From the NCBI GenBank assembly GCA_023434425.1, contig JAEYSS010000220.1, positions 3,110 to 67,109 of the forward strand: a DNA stretch of 64,000 nt. Reading direction: 5' to 3'. Positions 8,654-19,118 of the stretch are shown one piece after another. The DNA is from Pseudomonadota bacterium (GTDB lineage: Bacteria; Pseudomonadota; Alphaproteobacteria; Ferrovibrionales; Ferrovibrionaceae). Position 1 is the first letter of the stretch, and each line of letters opens with the position of its first letter. The notes below the pieces were generated by a model. The model was not told the origin of the DNA. It did no database searches and saw only the letters and a list, made by a program, of their open reading frames with translations. The position numbers and the translations under genes are program-made.

Positions 8654-9724
8654 ATGACAGAGAAACGTGCGCTGATCACTGGCATCACAGGTCAGGACGG
8701 CGCCTACCTTTCCGAATTCCTGCTGGCGAAGGGCTATCGCATCTGGGGTGTGAAGCGCCGCGCCTCGTCAATCAACACGCAGCGCGTCGACCATTTGTAT
8801 CAAGACCGCCACGAGGGGGATTCGAAATTTCTGCTCGATTACGGCGACATGACCGACGCCACCAACCTGATCCGCCTGATCAAGCAGATCCAGCCCGACG
8901 AGATCTACAACCTGGCGGCCCAGAGCCATGTCCAGGTAAGCTTTGAAACGCCAGAATATACTGCCAATGCCGACGGCATTGGCACACTGCGTTTGCTGGA
9001 GGCGATCCGCCTGCTGGGCATGGAAGAGACCTGCCGCTTCTATCAGGCCTCTACCTCGGAACTCTACGGCAAGGCACAAGTTGTTCCGCAGAACGAGACG
9101 ACGCCTTTCTATCCTCGCTCGCCTTACGCCGCAGCCAAGCTTTATGCCTACTGGATCACCGTGAACTACCGCGAGGCCTATGGCCTGCACGCATCCAACG
9201 GCATCCTGTTCAACCACGAAAGCCCGCTGCGCGGCGAAACCTTCGTCTCGCGCAAGATTACCCAAGCCGTCGCAGCCATCGAGACGGGTCAGCAAGAACG
9301 CCTCTATCTTGGCAACCTGGATGCCAAGCGCGACTGGGGCCATGCGCGCGATTATGTCGAAGGCATGTGGATGATGCTGCAACAGCCGCAGCCGGACGAT
9401 TACGTGCTGGCGACCGGGGAAACCCACACCGTGCGCAGCTTCGTCGAAAAGGCTTTCGCCTACGTCGGCCGCCAGATCGCCTGGCAGGGCAAGGGGGTGG
9501 AAGAAAAGGGCGTTGACGCGGCCAGCGGCAAGGTTCTGGTCGAGATCGACAGCCGCTATTTCCGCCCGACCGAGGTCGAGCTTCTTCTAGGCGATGCCAG
9601 CAAGGCCAAAGCCCGACTGGGCTGGACGCCAAAAACTGGCTTCGAAGACCTGGTAGCGGAAATGATGGCGAGCGACCTCATGGAGGCCAAGACGCATCCG
9701 AAGGCCGCGCGACAGGGGAACTGA
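8654..9724 (+). CDS. gmd: GDP-mannose 4,6-dehydratase
   Basis: Motifs [44 protein letters not shown]. Confidence 0.97.
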   Translation: MTEKRALITGITGQDGAYLSEFLLAKGYRIWGVKRRASSINTQRVDHLYQDRHEGDSKFLLDYGDMTDATNLIRLIKQIQPDEIYNLAAQSHVQVSFETPEYTANADGIGTLRLLEAIRLLGMEETCRFYQASTSELYGKAQVVPQNETTPFYPRSPYAAAKLYAYWITVNYREAYGLHASNGILFNHESPLRGETFVSRKITQAVAAIETGQQERLYLGNLDAKRDWGHARDYVEGMWMMLQQPQPDDYVLATGETHTVRSFVEKAFAYVGRQIAWQGKGVEEKGVDAASGKVLVEIDSRYFRPTEVELLLGDASKAKARLGWTPKTGFEDLVAEMMASDLMEAKTHPKAARQGN

Positions 9725-9742
9725 GCCGCACTGCGACACGCC

Positions 9743-10852
9743 ATGGCAGCGAAAGCCCTAATCCATCTGGTGGCCGGCGCTCGGCCGAATTTCGTGAAGA
9801 TCGCGCCGCTATGGCACGTTCTGCGGAAAGCCGACTGGTGCAGCGTGCGTATCGTCCATACCGGACAGCATTCGGACATCAACATGTCTGACTGGTTCTT
9901 CCGCGATCTCGGTCTGCCCACTCCGGACCATCATCTGAATGCCCAGACGGGCTCGCATGCCAAGGTCACCGGCAGCACGATGATCGCCTATGAGGAGCTC
10001 TGCCTGCACGAAAGGCCAGACTGGAGCATCGTGGTGGGCGATGTGAACTCGACCATCGCCTGCACCATGGCAGCCAAGAAGCTGGGCATCCAGGTCGCCC
10101 ACTTGGAATCCGGGCTGCGCAGCTTCGACCGTAGCATGCCGGAAGAGCTCAATCGCGTCCTGACCGACGCCATCGCCGACCTGCTGTGGCTGCCCTCGCC
10201 GGAAGCACGCGACAACCTGCTGCGCGAAGGCATCCCTGACAGCCGCCTAGAATTCGTCGGCAACATCATGATCGACTCACTCGTCATGGCGATGCCGCAG
10301 ATCGACGCGACGGATGTCGCGCGGATCATCAATCAGGATCCCGCAGCACCCTTCGCGCTGGCGACCCTGCATCGGCCAGCCAATGTCGACGACAGGATCC
10401 AGATGGAGAAAATCCTGCGCGTCCTTGTGACCGTTTCACGCCAGCTGCCATTTTTCCTACCGCTGCATCCCCGCACGCAGCATAATTTATCGGCATTCGG
10501 CCTGCGCAACCTGCTGCAGGACAGCGGCGTACGGCTTTTGGAACCACTCTCTTACATCGACTTCATCGCATTGCTGAAGCATTCGCGTTTCATCGTGACC
10601 GATTCGGGCGGCATCCAGGAGGAAAGCAGTTTCCTAGGCATTCCCTGCCTGACCCTGCGCGAAAATACCGAACGCCCCATCACCCTGACGGAGGGCACCA
10701 ACAAGTTGACCGATGTGCAACATCTTATCGCCGATGTGGATGCCTGCCTCGCCGCCAGCCGCAAGCCGGCCGCCATCAAGTTCTGGGACGGCCGTACCGC
10801 CGATCGCGTCGTCGCCAGTCTGCAGGGCCGGATCGCCGGAACGGTCAACTGA
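9743..10852 (+). CDS. wecB: UDP-N-acetylglucosamine 2-epimerase (non-hydrolysing)
   Basis: Motifs GARPNFVK, HTGQH, GDVNST, HLESGLRS, PEELNR, TDSGGIQEE, TERP. Confidence 0.9.
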   Translation: MAAKALIHLVAGARPNFVKIAPLWHVLRKADWCSVRIVHTGQHSDINMSDWFFRDLGLPTPDHHLNAQTGSHAKVTGSTMIAYEELCLHERPDWSIVVGDVNSTIACTMAAKKLGIQVAHLESGLRSFDRSMPEELNRVLTDAIADLLWLPSPEARDNLLREGIPDSRLEFVGNIMIDSLVMAMPQIDATDVARIINQDPAAPFALATLHRPANVDDRIQMEKILRVLVTVSRQLPFFLPLHPRTQHNLSAFGLRNLLQDSGVRLLEPLSYIDFIALLKHSRFIVTDSGGIQEESSFLGIPCLTLRENTERPITLTEGTNKLTDVQHLIADVDACLAASRKPAAIKFWDGRTADRVVASLQGRIAGTVN

Positions 10853-11415
10853 TGCGAAAGACGGTTGCCATTCGCCAGACTGCCCTGTCCATCTGGGTCA
10901 ACCTGATCGAGAGAACAGTGTCCGACGGCAAGCAAAACGCCGTCTATCATTCGCTCGGCCAGGCCGACTACATCAACGTGATCGCGCTAACCGACGGCCA
11001 GGACCTGGTCTGCGTGCAGCAGTATCGCCCTGCCGTGGATGGCCTGACGCTGGAACTGCCGGGCGGTCTTCTGGAGCCCGATGAACAGCCACAGCTCTGC
11101 GCCGAGCGCGAGTTGATCGAGGAAACCGGTTTCCGCGCGGAGGCGCCGCTGATCCATCTCGGTACCTTCCAGCCCGATACAGGTCGGCTGGAAAACCGCC
11201 AGCAGGTCTATTTCGCCCCGCGCATCAGTCCGATCGCCGACTGGTCTCCGGAAGCCGGCGTCGAACGCCTGCTGATCCCATTCCGCGACTTCCCGCAGCT
11301 GGTCCGCAGCGGCCGCATGAAACATATGCTGCATCTCGGGGCCATCGGGCTGGCCGTCATGATGGGCCTGCTCCCGCAACTGCCGCCGCAGGGCTGGCAG
11401 GACGGCACCGACTGA
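10852..11415 (+). CDS. NUDIX hydrolase (ADP-ribose/NDP-sugar pyrophosphatase-like)
   Basis: Nudix box GGLLEPDEQPQLCAERELIEETG, preceded by QYRP..LELP. Confidence 0.85.
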   Translation: MRKTVAIRQTALSIWVNLIERTVSDGKQNAVYHSLGQADYINVIALTDGQDLVCVQQYRPAVDGLTLELPGGLLEPDEQPQLCAERELIEETGFRAEAPLIHLGTFQPDTGRLENRQQVYFAPRISPIADWSPEAGVERLLIPFRDFPQLVRSGRMKHMLHLGAIGLAVMMGLLPQLPPQGWQDGTD

Positions 11416-11447
11416 ATTCAGATCGCCAAGTCCGGATTTTGAAATAT

Positions 11448-12818
11448 ATGCACAGCTTCCCCGAAACATTCAGAGACCGCCACATCTGTATCATGGGTCT
11501 CGGCTATGTCGGCCTGACCCTTGCCGTCGTCATGGCGGAAGTCGGCTATCAGGTTACCGGCGTGGAAATCCGCACTGAAGCAGTCGCATCGCTGCGCCGC
11601 GGCAAGCCGCATTTCTTCGAGCCGGGCCTGGAAGGCCGCCTGCAGCGCGTGGTCAATTCCGGCCGGCTGGACATACAGTCGAGCATACCGAAGACTCCGC
11701 CGGCAAGTGTCTACATCGTCACCGTTGGCACGCCACTGGATGCGAACGGCAAGGTGCGCATCGACATGATGAGCCGTGTCGCCGAAGAAATCGCGCAGTC
11801 GATCAATGACGGCGACTTGGTGATCATGCGCTCGACCGTCGAGCTCGGCACCACCAATCGGATCGTCCGCCCCATCCTGGACAAGGCCGGCAAGCGCTTC
11901 GATCTCGCTTTCTGCCCGGAACGCACCCTTGAGGGACAGGCCCTGAAGGAACTGCGCGAATTGCCACAGATCGTCGGCGGCGACGACGTCGGCGTTCGCG
12001 CCCGCGCCATGCAGATCTTCCAGTATCTAACGCCGACTGTCGTACAGGTCTCCAGCCTGGAAACCGCCGAACTGATCAAGCTGACCGATAATGCCCAGCG
12101 CGACGTGCTCTTCGGCCTTGCCAATGAAGTAGCGCGCATCTCGGATGCGATCGGCGTCTCGGCGATGGAAGTGATCCGTGCCGGCAAGCTCGGCTATCCG
12201 CGCACCAACGTCGCCCTGCCCGGTCCGGTGGGCGGTCCCTGTCTGGAGAAGGATCCGCATATCCTCGCCAATGGCCTGAAGCCGTTCGGCGTGACGCCGG
12301 AGATCATCCTGGCCGCCCGTCACCTGAACGAGCGCCAGCCCCAGGAAGTCATCACCATGCTGCAATCGTTCTGCGCCAAGGTGCCGGATTTCCCGGAAGC
12401 TCCGTCGATCACGCTCGCCGGCGTGGCCTTCAAGGGCCGCCCGGAAACCGACGATCTGCGCGGCACGATGGCCCTGCCGATCCTGGCCGCGCTGCGTACG
12501 CATTTCCCCAAGGCCCGGTTCCTGGGCTTCGACGCCGTCGTGGCGCCCGAGAAAATCCGCAGCCGCTTCGACCTTGCGCCGGCGCCCAGGCTGGAAGCCG
12601 CCTTCGACAAGGCGCATCTCGTGGTCATCGCCAACAACCACCTGTGCTTCGAGCGCATGCCGCTACCCTATCTCGCGCAGAGCATGGCGCGACCGGGCAT
12701 CATCTTCGATTTCTGGAACAACTTCGCGGATTCCGAGATCGAGCTGCCCGAAGGCATCCATTATGCCGGCTTGGGCAATCTCGGCCGGACCATTCGTCAG
12801 CTGGGACTTAAAGCATGA
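11448..12818 (+). CDS. UDP-sugar 6-dehydrogenase (WecC/Ugd family)
   Basis: Motifs GLGYVG, TVGTP, RSTV..GTT, FCPER, ELIK, GPVGGPCL.KD, GVAFK..TDDLR. Confidence 0.88.
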   Translation: MHSFPETFRDRHICIMGLGYVGLTLAVVMAEVGYQVTGVEIRTEAVASLRRGKPHFFEPGLEGRLQRVVNSGRLDIQSSIPKTPPASVYIVTVGTPLDANGKVRIDMMSRVAEEIAQSINDGDLVIMRSTVELGTTNRIVRPILDKAGKRFDLAFCPERTLEGQALKELRELPQIVGGDDVGVRARAMQIFQYLTPTVVQVSSLETAELIKLTDNAQRDVLFGLANEVARISDAIGVSAMEVIRAGKLGYPRTNVALPGPVGGPCLEKDPHILANGLKPFGVTPEIILAARHLNERQPQEVITMLQSFCAKVPDFPEAPSITLAGVAFKGRPETDDLRGTMALPILAALRTHFPKARFLGFDAVVAPEKIRSRFDLAPAPRLEAAFDKAHLVVIANNHLCFERMPLPYLAQSMARPGIIFDFWNNFADSEIELPEGIHYAGLGNLGRTIRQLGLKA

Positions 12819-13789
12819 GTCGGAAAATTCTCATCACAGGCGGCAGCGGCTTCCTCGGCTCCGCCCTCGTCCGGCGGATGATCAAGGACGGCCATGCTGT
12901 GCGCGTCCTTGACGATAATTCGCGTGGTGCGCCGCGCCGCTTAGCCGGACTGGAACAGGAGATCGAGTTCCGCGTCGGCGACATCCGCGACACGCAGGCC
13001 GTGATCGACGCTTCCCGCGGTGTGGACGCCATTGTTCACATGGCCGCCATCAATGGCACCGAATTCTTTTATCAGCGGCCAGAGCTGGTACTCGATGTCG
13101 CCGTGCGCGGCATGCTGGCCGTCATCGACGCCTGCCGCAAGAACGGTATCGGCGATCTCGTGGTGGCTTCCTCCTCAGAAGCCTATCAGACGCCAGCCGT
13201 TATCCCGACCCCGGAAGACGTGCCGCTGGTGGTCCCGGACGTGCTGAACCCCCGATACAGTTATGGTGGCGGCAAGATCCTCTCGGAACTGGTGGCGATC
13301 AACTACGGCCGCACGGGCTTCGACCGCGCCTGCATCTTCCGGCCGCACAATGTCTACGGCAAGGATATGGGTTGGGAACATGTGATCCCGCAATTCTCCC
13401 TGCGCGCCGCCGACATGATCGACCAGCAGCCGTCAGGTCGGCTGGACTTCAAGATTCAGGGCGACGGCAGCCAGACGCGCGCCTTCATCCATGTCGACGA
13501 TTTCACCGACGGCCTGGCCAAGGTGGTGGAGCGCGGCGAGCATCTCGGCATCTACCATATCGGCAATCCCGAGGAAGTGAGCATTTCCGAACTCGCCCGC
13601 CTGACCGTTGCCTGCCTCGGACGAGAGGCCACGATCCAATCCGGCGCGTCTCCCGAGGGGCAGACCAACCGGCGCTGCCCGGACATCACCCGGCTGCGCC
13701 GGCTCGGCTTCGCGCCCCGCATTCCGCTTTCGGAAGGGTTGTCCGAAGTCGTGAATTGGTACCAGAGCAACCGGCATCTCCGTCCTTAA
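12815..13789 (+). CDS. NAD-dependent epimerase/dehydratase (UXS-like extended SDR)
   Basis: Motifs TGGSGFLG, SSSEAY, YGGGK, RPHNVYG, GDGSQTRAF. Confidence 0.88.
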   Translation: MSRKILITGGSGFLGSALVRRMIKDGHAVRVLDDNSRGAPRRLAGLEQEIEFRVGDIRDTQAVIDASRGVDAIVHMAAINGTEFFYQRPELVLDVAVRGMLAVIDACRKNGIGDLVVASSSEAYQTPAVIPTPEDVPLVVPDVLNPRYSYGGGKILSELVAINYGRTGFDRACIFRPHNVYGKDMGWEHVIPQFSLRAADMIDQQPSGRLDFKIQGDGSQTRAFIHVDDFTDGLAKVVERGEHLGIYHIGNPEEVSISELARLTVACLGREATIQSGASPEGQTNRRCPDITRLRRLGFAPRIPLSEGLSEVVNWYQSNRHLRP

Positions 13790-13823
13790 TAAGCCCAGCC
13801 CGCACAACACCAAACAGGTCCGC

Positions 13824-15065
13824 ATGTCCAAGTCCCACCCCATCACCTCCTGCCAGCTCTGCAACGGCGACAAACTCACGCCCGAGCTGTTCCTCGGCTT
13901 TGTGCCTCCGGTCAACACCATGCCGGAGATCGGCAAACCGGCAGTGGCGGAAGAGAATTATCCGCTTGAAATGCAGCGCTGCAGCTCCTGTGGTCATGTG
14001 CAGATCGGTTTCGAGGTCGCAGTCGAAATTCTCTTCCCCTATAGCTACCCCTATCTTTCTGGCACCACGCGCATCCTGCGCGACAACTTCGCCGACCTCT
14101 ACGCCGAGGCGAAGGCGGCGCTGAACCTGACTGCCGACGACCTCACCATCGACATTGGCTCGAATGACGGCACACTTCTGTCCAGCTTCCATGCCAACCG
14201 GCATCGCGTCCTAGGCATCGAGCCGAGCCAGGCCGGCGCCGTGGCGCGCAAGAACGGCATCGACACCCTGACCGCCTATTTCGACGCCGATACCGTGCAG
14301 AAGGTTATTGCCAGCCATGGCAAGGCGCGCTTGGTGACCGCGGCGAATGTGTTCGCGCATATTGCCGACGTGCACAGCGTGGTGGACGGCATTGTCAGCC
14401 TGCTGCAGGACGACGGCATCTTCATCTCGGAATCGCACTACCTCGGCTCGCTGATCGAGACCCTGCAGTACGACACGATCTATCATGAGCATCTGCGCTA
14501 TTATCACCTCGCCAGCCTGATCTACCTGCTGGAACGACACGGCCTGGAGGTTTTCCGCGTCAAGCGCATTCCCACCCATGGCGGCTCGATCCGTGTCTGG
14601 GCCGGCCGCAAGGGCCAAAACCCCGTCGATGCTTCCGTTCAGGCGATGCTGGACGACGAGCGCAAGGTCGGCCTGCTCGACGGCAGCGGCCTGGAGAATT
14701 TCCGCCGCCGCGTCCTCCAGTCCAAGCTGGACCTGTTCGCCCTGCTGTCGCCGCTGAAGCGCGACGGTAAGCGAATCTACGGCATCGGCGCACCGTCTCG
14801 CGCCAGCACGCTGATCAACTATACCGGCCTCGATGGCGACATCCTGGACTGCGTGCTGGAAGTGAGCGGTTCGTACAAGCTGGACAAATACATCCCCGGC
14901 ACGCGCATCCCGGTGCTCGACGAACGCAAGCTGTTCGAGGACCAGCCCGAATATGCTCTGCTGCTGTCGTGGCATATTGCCGACGAGTTGATCGCGATTT
15001 TGAAGCGCAAGGGCTATACTGGCAAGTTCATCGTGCCGCTGCCGGCGCCGCATATCGTCGAGTAA
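13824..15065 (+). CDS. NDP-sugar C-methyltransferase (TcaB9/EryBIII-like, Zn-binding N terminus)
   Basis: N-terminal CxxC..CxxC, then DIGSNDG, ANVFAH, YDTIYHEH, THGGS, GIGAP. Confidence 0.85.
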   Translation: MSKSHPITSCQLCNGDKLTPELFLGFVPPVNTMPEIGKPAVAEENYPLEMQRCSSCGHVQIGFEVAVEILFPYSYPYLSGTTRILRDNFADLYAEAKAALNLTADDLTIDIGSNDGTLLSSFHANRHRVLGIEPSQAGAVARKNGIDTLTAYFDADTVQKVIASHGKARLVTAANVFAHIADVHSVVDGIVSLLQDDGIFISESHYLGSLIETLQYDTIYHEHLRYYHLASLIYLLERHGLEVFRVKRIPTHGGSIRVWAGRKGQNPVDASVQAMLDDERKVGLLDGSGLENFRRRVLQSKLDLFALLSPLKRDGKRIYGIGAPSRASTLINYTGLDGDILDCVLEVSGSYKLDKYIPGTRIPVLDERKLFEDQPEYALLLSWHIADELIAILKRKGYTGKFIVPLPAPHIVE

Positions 15066-15078
15066 AACGACCATCCCC

Positions 15079-16365
15079 GTGACCATCGTCCTCCTCCCAC
15101 TGCAGCAGATGCCGCATCCGCACCATTCGGTGCGGGCGGCAAATGTTGTCCTTTTTCAGATCATCCGCGCGCTGGCGACGCATAAGAATCTGCGCCTCAA
15201 GATCCTGCCGGTACAGATCGGCGATATTGACATCGATCGTGGTATGCCGGAGGAGTCAAGGGCTGGCAAAGCCATCCTGCAGGAGGAGGGCGTCACATTC
15301 CTGACCCCGCTGATCTTGGAGAAACCGCAGCCGGTTTGGAGCGGCGCCCTGCGTCACCTTACCTATCTCGACAGCAGGCCAGTCAACTTTTACCCGATCC
15401 TGCGCCAGAGCGATCACACCCGCGATGCGGCGGCGGAAAACGGCGCGGATGCGATCCTGACCATCTGGGACGAAACGCTTACTGCGGCCTTTTCCGACTG
15501 CTCCCAGTTCAAGATCGCCTATTACGGCAACCCAGATCCGAAGAATCGCCGCGCACAGACCCTGCTTGCGGCACGGCTTTCCGGTTCGGCGGATGTGCCG
15601 CGCAGATTCGGATACCTGCAGCGCCAGCTGGAGAAGGCGCATGTCCAGATCATCGCCAAATGGGATGTGATGGCGAATGTCGCCGCCAATGACGCGGCAT
15701 ATTACGCAGCCAAAGGCCACCCCAATTCCAGCTATATCCAGAATACCTGGGTCGACAACCTGGGGCCGGACAAGATACAGGCGCGCACATGGCCACAGCG
15801 GCCGGTCGCCCAGGTGATCGCCAGCATCGGCAGGCCTGCCGGCACCGCCAATAGCCTGGGATTGCTGTATCTTGCGACGGAATTCCTGCCGGCCATGCGG
15901 CGTGTTTTCGGAACGCAGCCCTTTGAGCTTCATATTCTGGGATCTGGCAATCCGGACCCGAGGCTGGCCAAGCAGCTGCAGGCCCCGGAAATCAAGCTTC
16001 GTGGCTTCGTCGACGACATCGATGCCGAACTCCTCGACAAGCCACTGTTCCTTTGCCTGAACAACGGCACTGAATACAACGTGGGCCACACCCGCTATCT
16101 GCACGCCTGGAGCTTGGGCAACTGTGTCCTCGCCCATTCCGCCGTCCGCGAGGCCATGCCCGAATTGCGACACGACGAGAACTGCCTGCTGGGGGAGTCC
16201 GCCGAGGCCATTGCGCGCCAGGTTCTGCGCGCCCATACCGATCCGCAGATGGCGCGCTCCCTCGGCGACGCCGGATATCGCACCTTCAGGAACGAGTTCT
16301 CGCATCTGCGGGTCGGTCAGCAGCTCGCCAGCCACCTACAGGCCGCGACCCAGCAGAGCCACTAG
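15079..16365 (+). CDS. Glycosyltransferase (GT-B, GT4-like)
   Basis: C-terminal ELHILG..GFVDD..ENCLL..LGDAG pattern. GTG start. Confidence 0.65.
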   Translation: MTIVLLPLQQMPHPHHSVRAANVVLFQIIRALATHKNLRLKILPVQIGDIDIDRGMPEESRAGKAILQEEGVTFLTPLILEKPQPVWSGALRHLTYLDSRPVNFYPILRQSDHTRDAAAENGADAILTIWDETLTAAFSDCSQFKIAYYGNPDPKNRRAQTLLAARLSGSADVPRRFGYLQRQLEKAHVQIIAKWDVMANVAANDAAYYAAKGHPNSSYIQNTWVDNLGPDKIQARTWPQRPVAQVIASIGRPAGTANSLGLLYLATEFLPAMRRVFGTQPFELHILGSGNPDPRLAKQLQAPEIKLRGFVDDIDAELLDKPLFLCLNNGTEYNVGHTRYLHAWSLGNCVLAHSAVREAMPELRHDENCLLGESAEAIARQVLRAHTDPQMARSLGDAGYRTFRNEFSHLRVGQQLASHLQAATQQSH

Positions 16366-16381
16366 ACGATCAGATTCGGCA

Positions 16382-17398
16382 ATGACCCATAGGGTTCTCG
16401 TGATAGGGACAGGCTTCGGCGCCGCGGTGCATATGCCGGCACTAGCCGGCATTGCCGGACTGCCCGCCCCCATTTTAGTCTCCGGCCGGTCGAACGCATG
16501 GCAGGAAGCGATTGCCGCCAAGGCTTGCGACGTCGCCATTGTCGCCGTGCCCCCCATAGCACAGGGCAGAATCGCCAAGGTGATATTGTCGGCAGGCATG
16601 CCAGTCCTGCTGGAAAAGCCCGGCGCGCTCTCGGCCGCGGAGCTGGCGCAGCTCCATGGTAACTCGGCGTCGCTTGCCATTGGCTATAGCTTCCGCTTCG
16701 CGCGTGGCCTGATGCAGATGATCGAACTGGCGGTGAAGGGCATGATCGGCGATATCCGCCATGTCGCAGTGAGTTGGATCACGTCCGGCTGGGCCTCGCC
16801 TGACCGCCCCTGGTCCTGGCGCTGCGACCGCACCAGTGGCGGCGGCGTATTGCGCGATTTCGCCTGCCACAGCCTGGACTACCTGCGTCTGCTGTTGCCG
16901 CAGCGTTTCGACCGCGTCACGGCACAGACACGGATCATAACGCCGAAGCGCTGCGCCACTGATGGCAGCCTGCACAGCGTGACGGCACCCGAACAGGTCG
17001 AGTTGCTTCTTGCGTCATCCAATGCCACAGCTAGCCTCAGTATCGCCAGCTGCATGCCCTGCGGCCAGGGCCACAGCGTTGCCGTTCATGGCAGCCGAGG
17101 CCGCTTGGTCTGGACGCATGACGCACCCTTCGCGCTCAACACGGAGCGGTTGGTGCTGACCCGAATCGGCGGGGTCAGCCAGGAGATCGCACTGGCGCCG
17201 GACGAACAGACCGAACCGGATGCGCGTATCTCCGCGGCCCGCCGGCAATTTGCAGCTTTCCTAAAACACGGCGACACCGCCGCCGCCCCGCAGGTGCTGA
17301 CACCCGCCAGCCTCGGCGATGCCCGCGCCATCCTGGACCTGATCGCCGCGGCGGAACGCTCGGCCGATGAACGTCGCACCATTCCGCTTCCAGCCTGA
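16382..17398 (+). CDS. Gfo/Idh/MocA oxidoreductase
   Basis: Motifs IGTGFG, EKP, GGGVLRDFACH..D. Confidence 0.85.
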   Translation: MTHRVLVIGTGFGAAVHMPALAGIAGLPAPILVSGRSNAWQEAIAAKACDVAIVAVPPIAQGRIAKVILSAGMPVLLEKPGALSAAELAQLHGNSASLAIGYSFRFARGLMQMIELAVKGMIGDIRHVAVSWITSGWASPDRPWSWRCDRTSGGGVLRDFACHSLDYLRLLLPQRFDRVTAQTRIITPKRCATDGSLHSVTAPEQVELLLASSNATASLSIASCMPCGQGHSVAVHGSRGRLVWTHDAPFALNTERLVLTRIGGVSQEIALAPDEQTEPDARISAARRQFAAFLKHGDTAAAPQVLTPASLGDARAILDLIAAAERSADERRTIPLPA

Positions 17399-17401
17399 CC
17401 T

Positions 17402-18088
17402 ATGCGTATCGTCGCCACCGTCCAGGCCCGCCATTCCTCACAGCGACTGCCCGGAAAAGTCCTTCGCCCCATGAATGGCCGCCCCATGCTCGACTGGCTG
17501 ATCGAAAGCCTGACTCATGCCGAGGGATTGCAGGGCATCGTGCTCGCCACCTCCGTGCAGGCAAGCGACGATGCAGTGGCGGAGTATGCCGCCCGAGCCG
17601 GCATCGCCTGCCATCGCGGCCCACTGTACGATGTCGCCCGGCGCCTGCTCGGCACCGTTCGGGCTATTACCGCCGATGCCCTGGTGCGCATCAGTGGCGA
17701 CAGCCCACTGCTCGACCCCACCGTGGTGTCGCAGGCTGTGCGGCTGTTCCGTGAAGGCAAGGCGGATATAGTTTCCAATGTCCGCCCCCGGTCTTTCCCG
17801 AAGGGACAGTCCGTCGAAGTGATCGCCACCACAGCGCTGCAGCGCGCCGTGTCCGCCATGGACAGCGATTACGACCGCGAGCATGTCACGCCGTATCTCT
17901 ACGCCCATCCGGACGCCTTTCCGTTGCGCAGCTTCCAAGCCGAACGGCCGCAGCCCGATCTGCAGCTGAGCGTGGACGACGAAACCGATTTTCGCCGGGC
18001 CGAGATGATCCTCGCCGCCCTGGACCGCCCGCATTGGTCGGCTGGCTGGGAAACGATGGCGGCACTGTCGCAGCAGGTTGCAGCATGA
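17402..18088 (+). CDS. SpsF-like cytidylyltransferase
   Basis: Motifs QARHSSQRLPGKVL, RISGDSPLLDP, REHVT, LSVD..D. Confidence 0.85.
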   Translation: MRIVATVQARHSSQRLPGKVLRPMNGRPMLDWLIESLTHAEGLQGIVLATSVQASDDAVAEYAARAGIACHRGPLYDVARRLLGTVRAITADALVRISGDSPLLDPTVVSQAVRLFREGKADIVSNVRPRSFPKGQSVEVIATTALQRAVSAMDSDYDREHVTPYLYAHPDAFPLRSFQAERPQPDLQLSVDDETDFRRAEMILAALDRPHWSAGWETMAALSQQVAA

Positions 18089-19107
18089 CTGCACCGCTGG
18101 GCGCTGGCGTCATCGGTCTTGGCGTGGGCGAACGTCATGCCCATGCCTATGTCGACAATGAGAACTGCCGCCTGGTCGGTGTCTGCGACTTCGATCCCGC
18201 TAAGCTGACCGATGTCGCTACCCGGTTGCCGCCGGTGCGACAATATGCGACAGCGGAAGACCTGATCGACGATCCGGCGATCGCAATCGTTTCCATCGCT
18301 AGTTTCGACCAGCATCATCACCGCCAGGTCATTCGCGCTCTTGAAACTGGCAAGCATGTTTTTGTCGAGAAGCCACTCTGCCTGACCATGACCGAGTTGG
18401 ACGACATCCGCACCGCTTGGCGCCGCGCCGGCAACCTGCGTCTGTCGACGAACACCATCCTGCGCCGCACGCCGCGCTTCCAGTGGCTGCGTCAGGCTAT
18501 CCAGTCCGGTGAAATGGGTAAGGTCTTCTGCATCGAGGCGGACTATGTCTATGGCCGCCTGCACAAGCTGACCGAAGGCTGGCGCAAGGATGTTCCGAAT
18601 TACTCCGTAATCCTCGGCGGCGGCATTCATCTCGTCGACCTGGTATTGTGGATGACCGGCCAGAAGCCAGTCGAGATCATGGCTTACGGCAGCAGCCTCG
18701 CCAGCCGTGACACGGCCTATTCCGGCAACGACCTCGCCTTGGCCCTGCTGCGTTTCGACAATGGCATGCTGGTCAAGCTCGGCGCCAACTTCGGCTCGGT
18801 GCATCCGCATTTCCATCGTCTCATCGTCTACGGCACCAGCGCGACTTTCGAAAATGCCGCCGAGGCGCCGGGCCTGCCGGCGCGACTATGGACCAGCCGC
18901 GACCCGAACACGCCACCGAGGCTGGTCGAGGCAAGCTATCCCGGTGTAGGCAAGGGCGACATGATCCCCGCCTTCATCGAAGCCACGCTGGGCCGCGGCG
19001 AGCCTGAAGTTTCCGAGGATGATCTCTTCACCACCATGACCGTCTGCCTGGCGATCGACCAGGCCATCGCCGAAGGGCGGCCAGTCACCCCGGAATATAA
19101 TCCATAA
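18085..19107 (+). CDS. Gfo/Idh/MocA oxidoreductase
   Basis: Motifs GVIGLG, GKHVFVEKP, GIHLVD. Confidence 0.87.
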   Translation: MTAPLGAGVIGLGVGERHAHAYVDNENCRLVGVCDFDPAKLTDVATRLPPVRQYATAEDLIDDPAIAIVSIASFDQHHHRQVIRALETGKHVFVEKPLCLTMTELDDIRTAWRRAGNLRLSTNTILRRTPRFQWLRQAIQSGEMGKVFCIEADYVYGRLHKLTEGWRKDVPNYSVILGGGIHLVDLVLWMTGQKPVEIMAYGSSLASRDTAYSGNDLALALLRFDNGMLVKLGANFGSVHPHFHRLIVYGTSATFENAAEAPGLPARLWTSRDPNTPPRLVEASYPGVGKGDMIPAFIEATLGRGEPEVSEDDLFTTMTVCLAIDQAIAEGRPVTPEYNP

Positions 19108-19118
19108 AGCGGGTCCCC

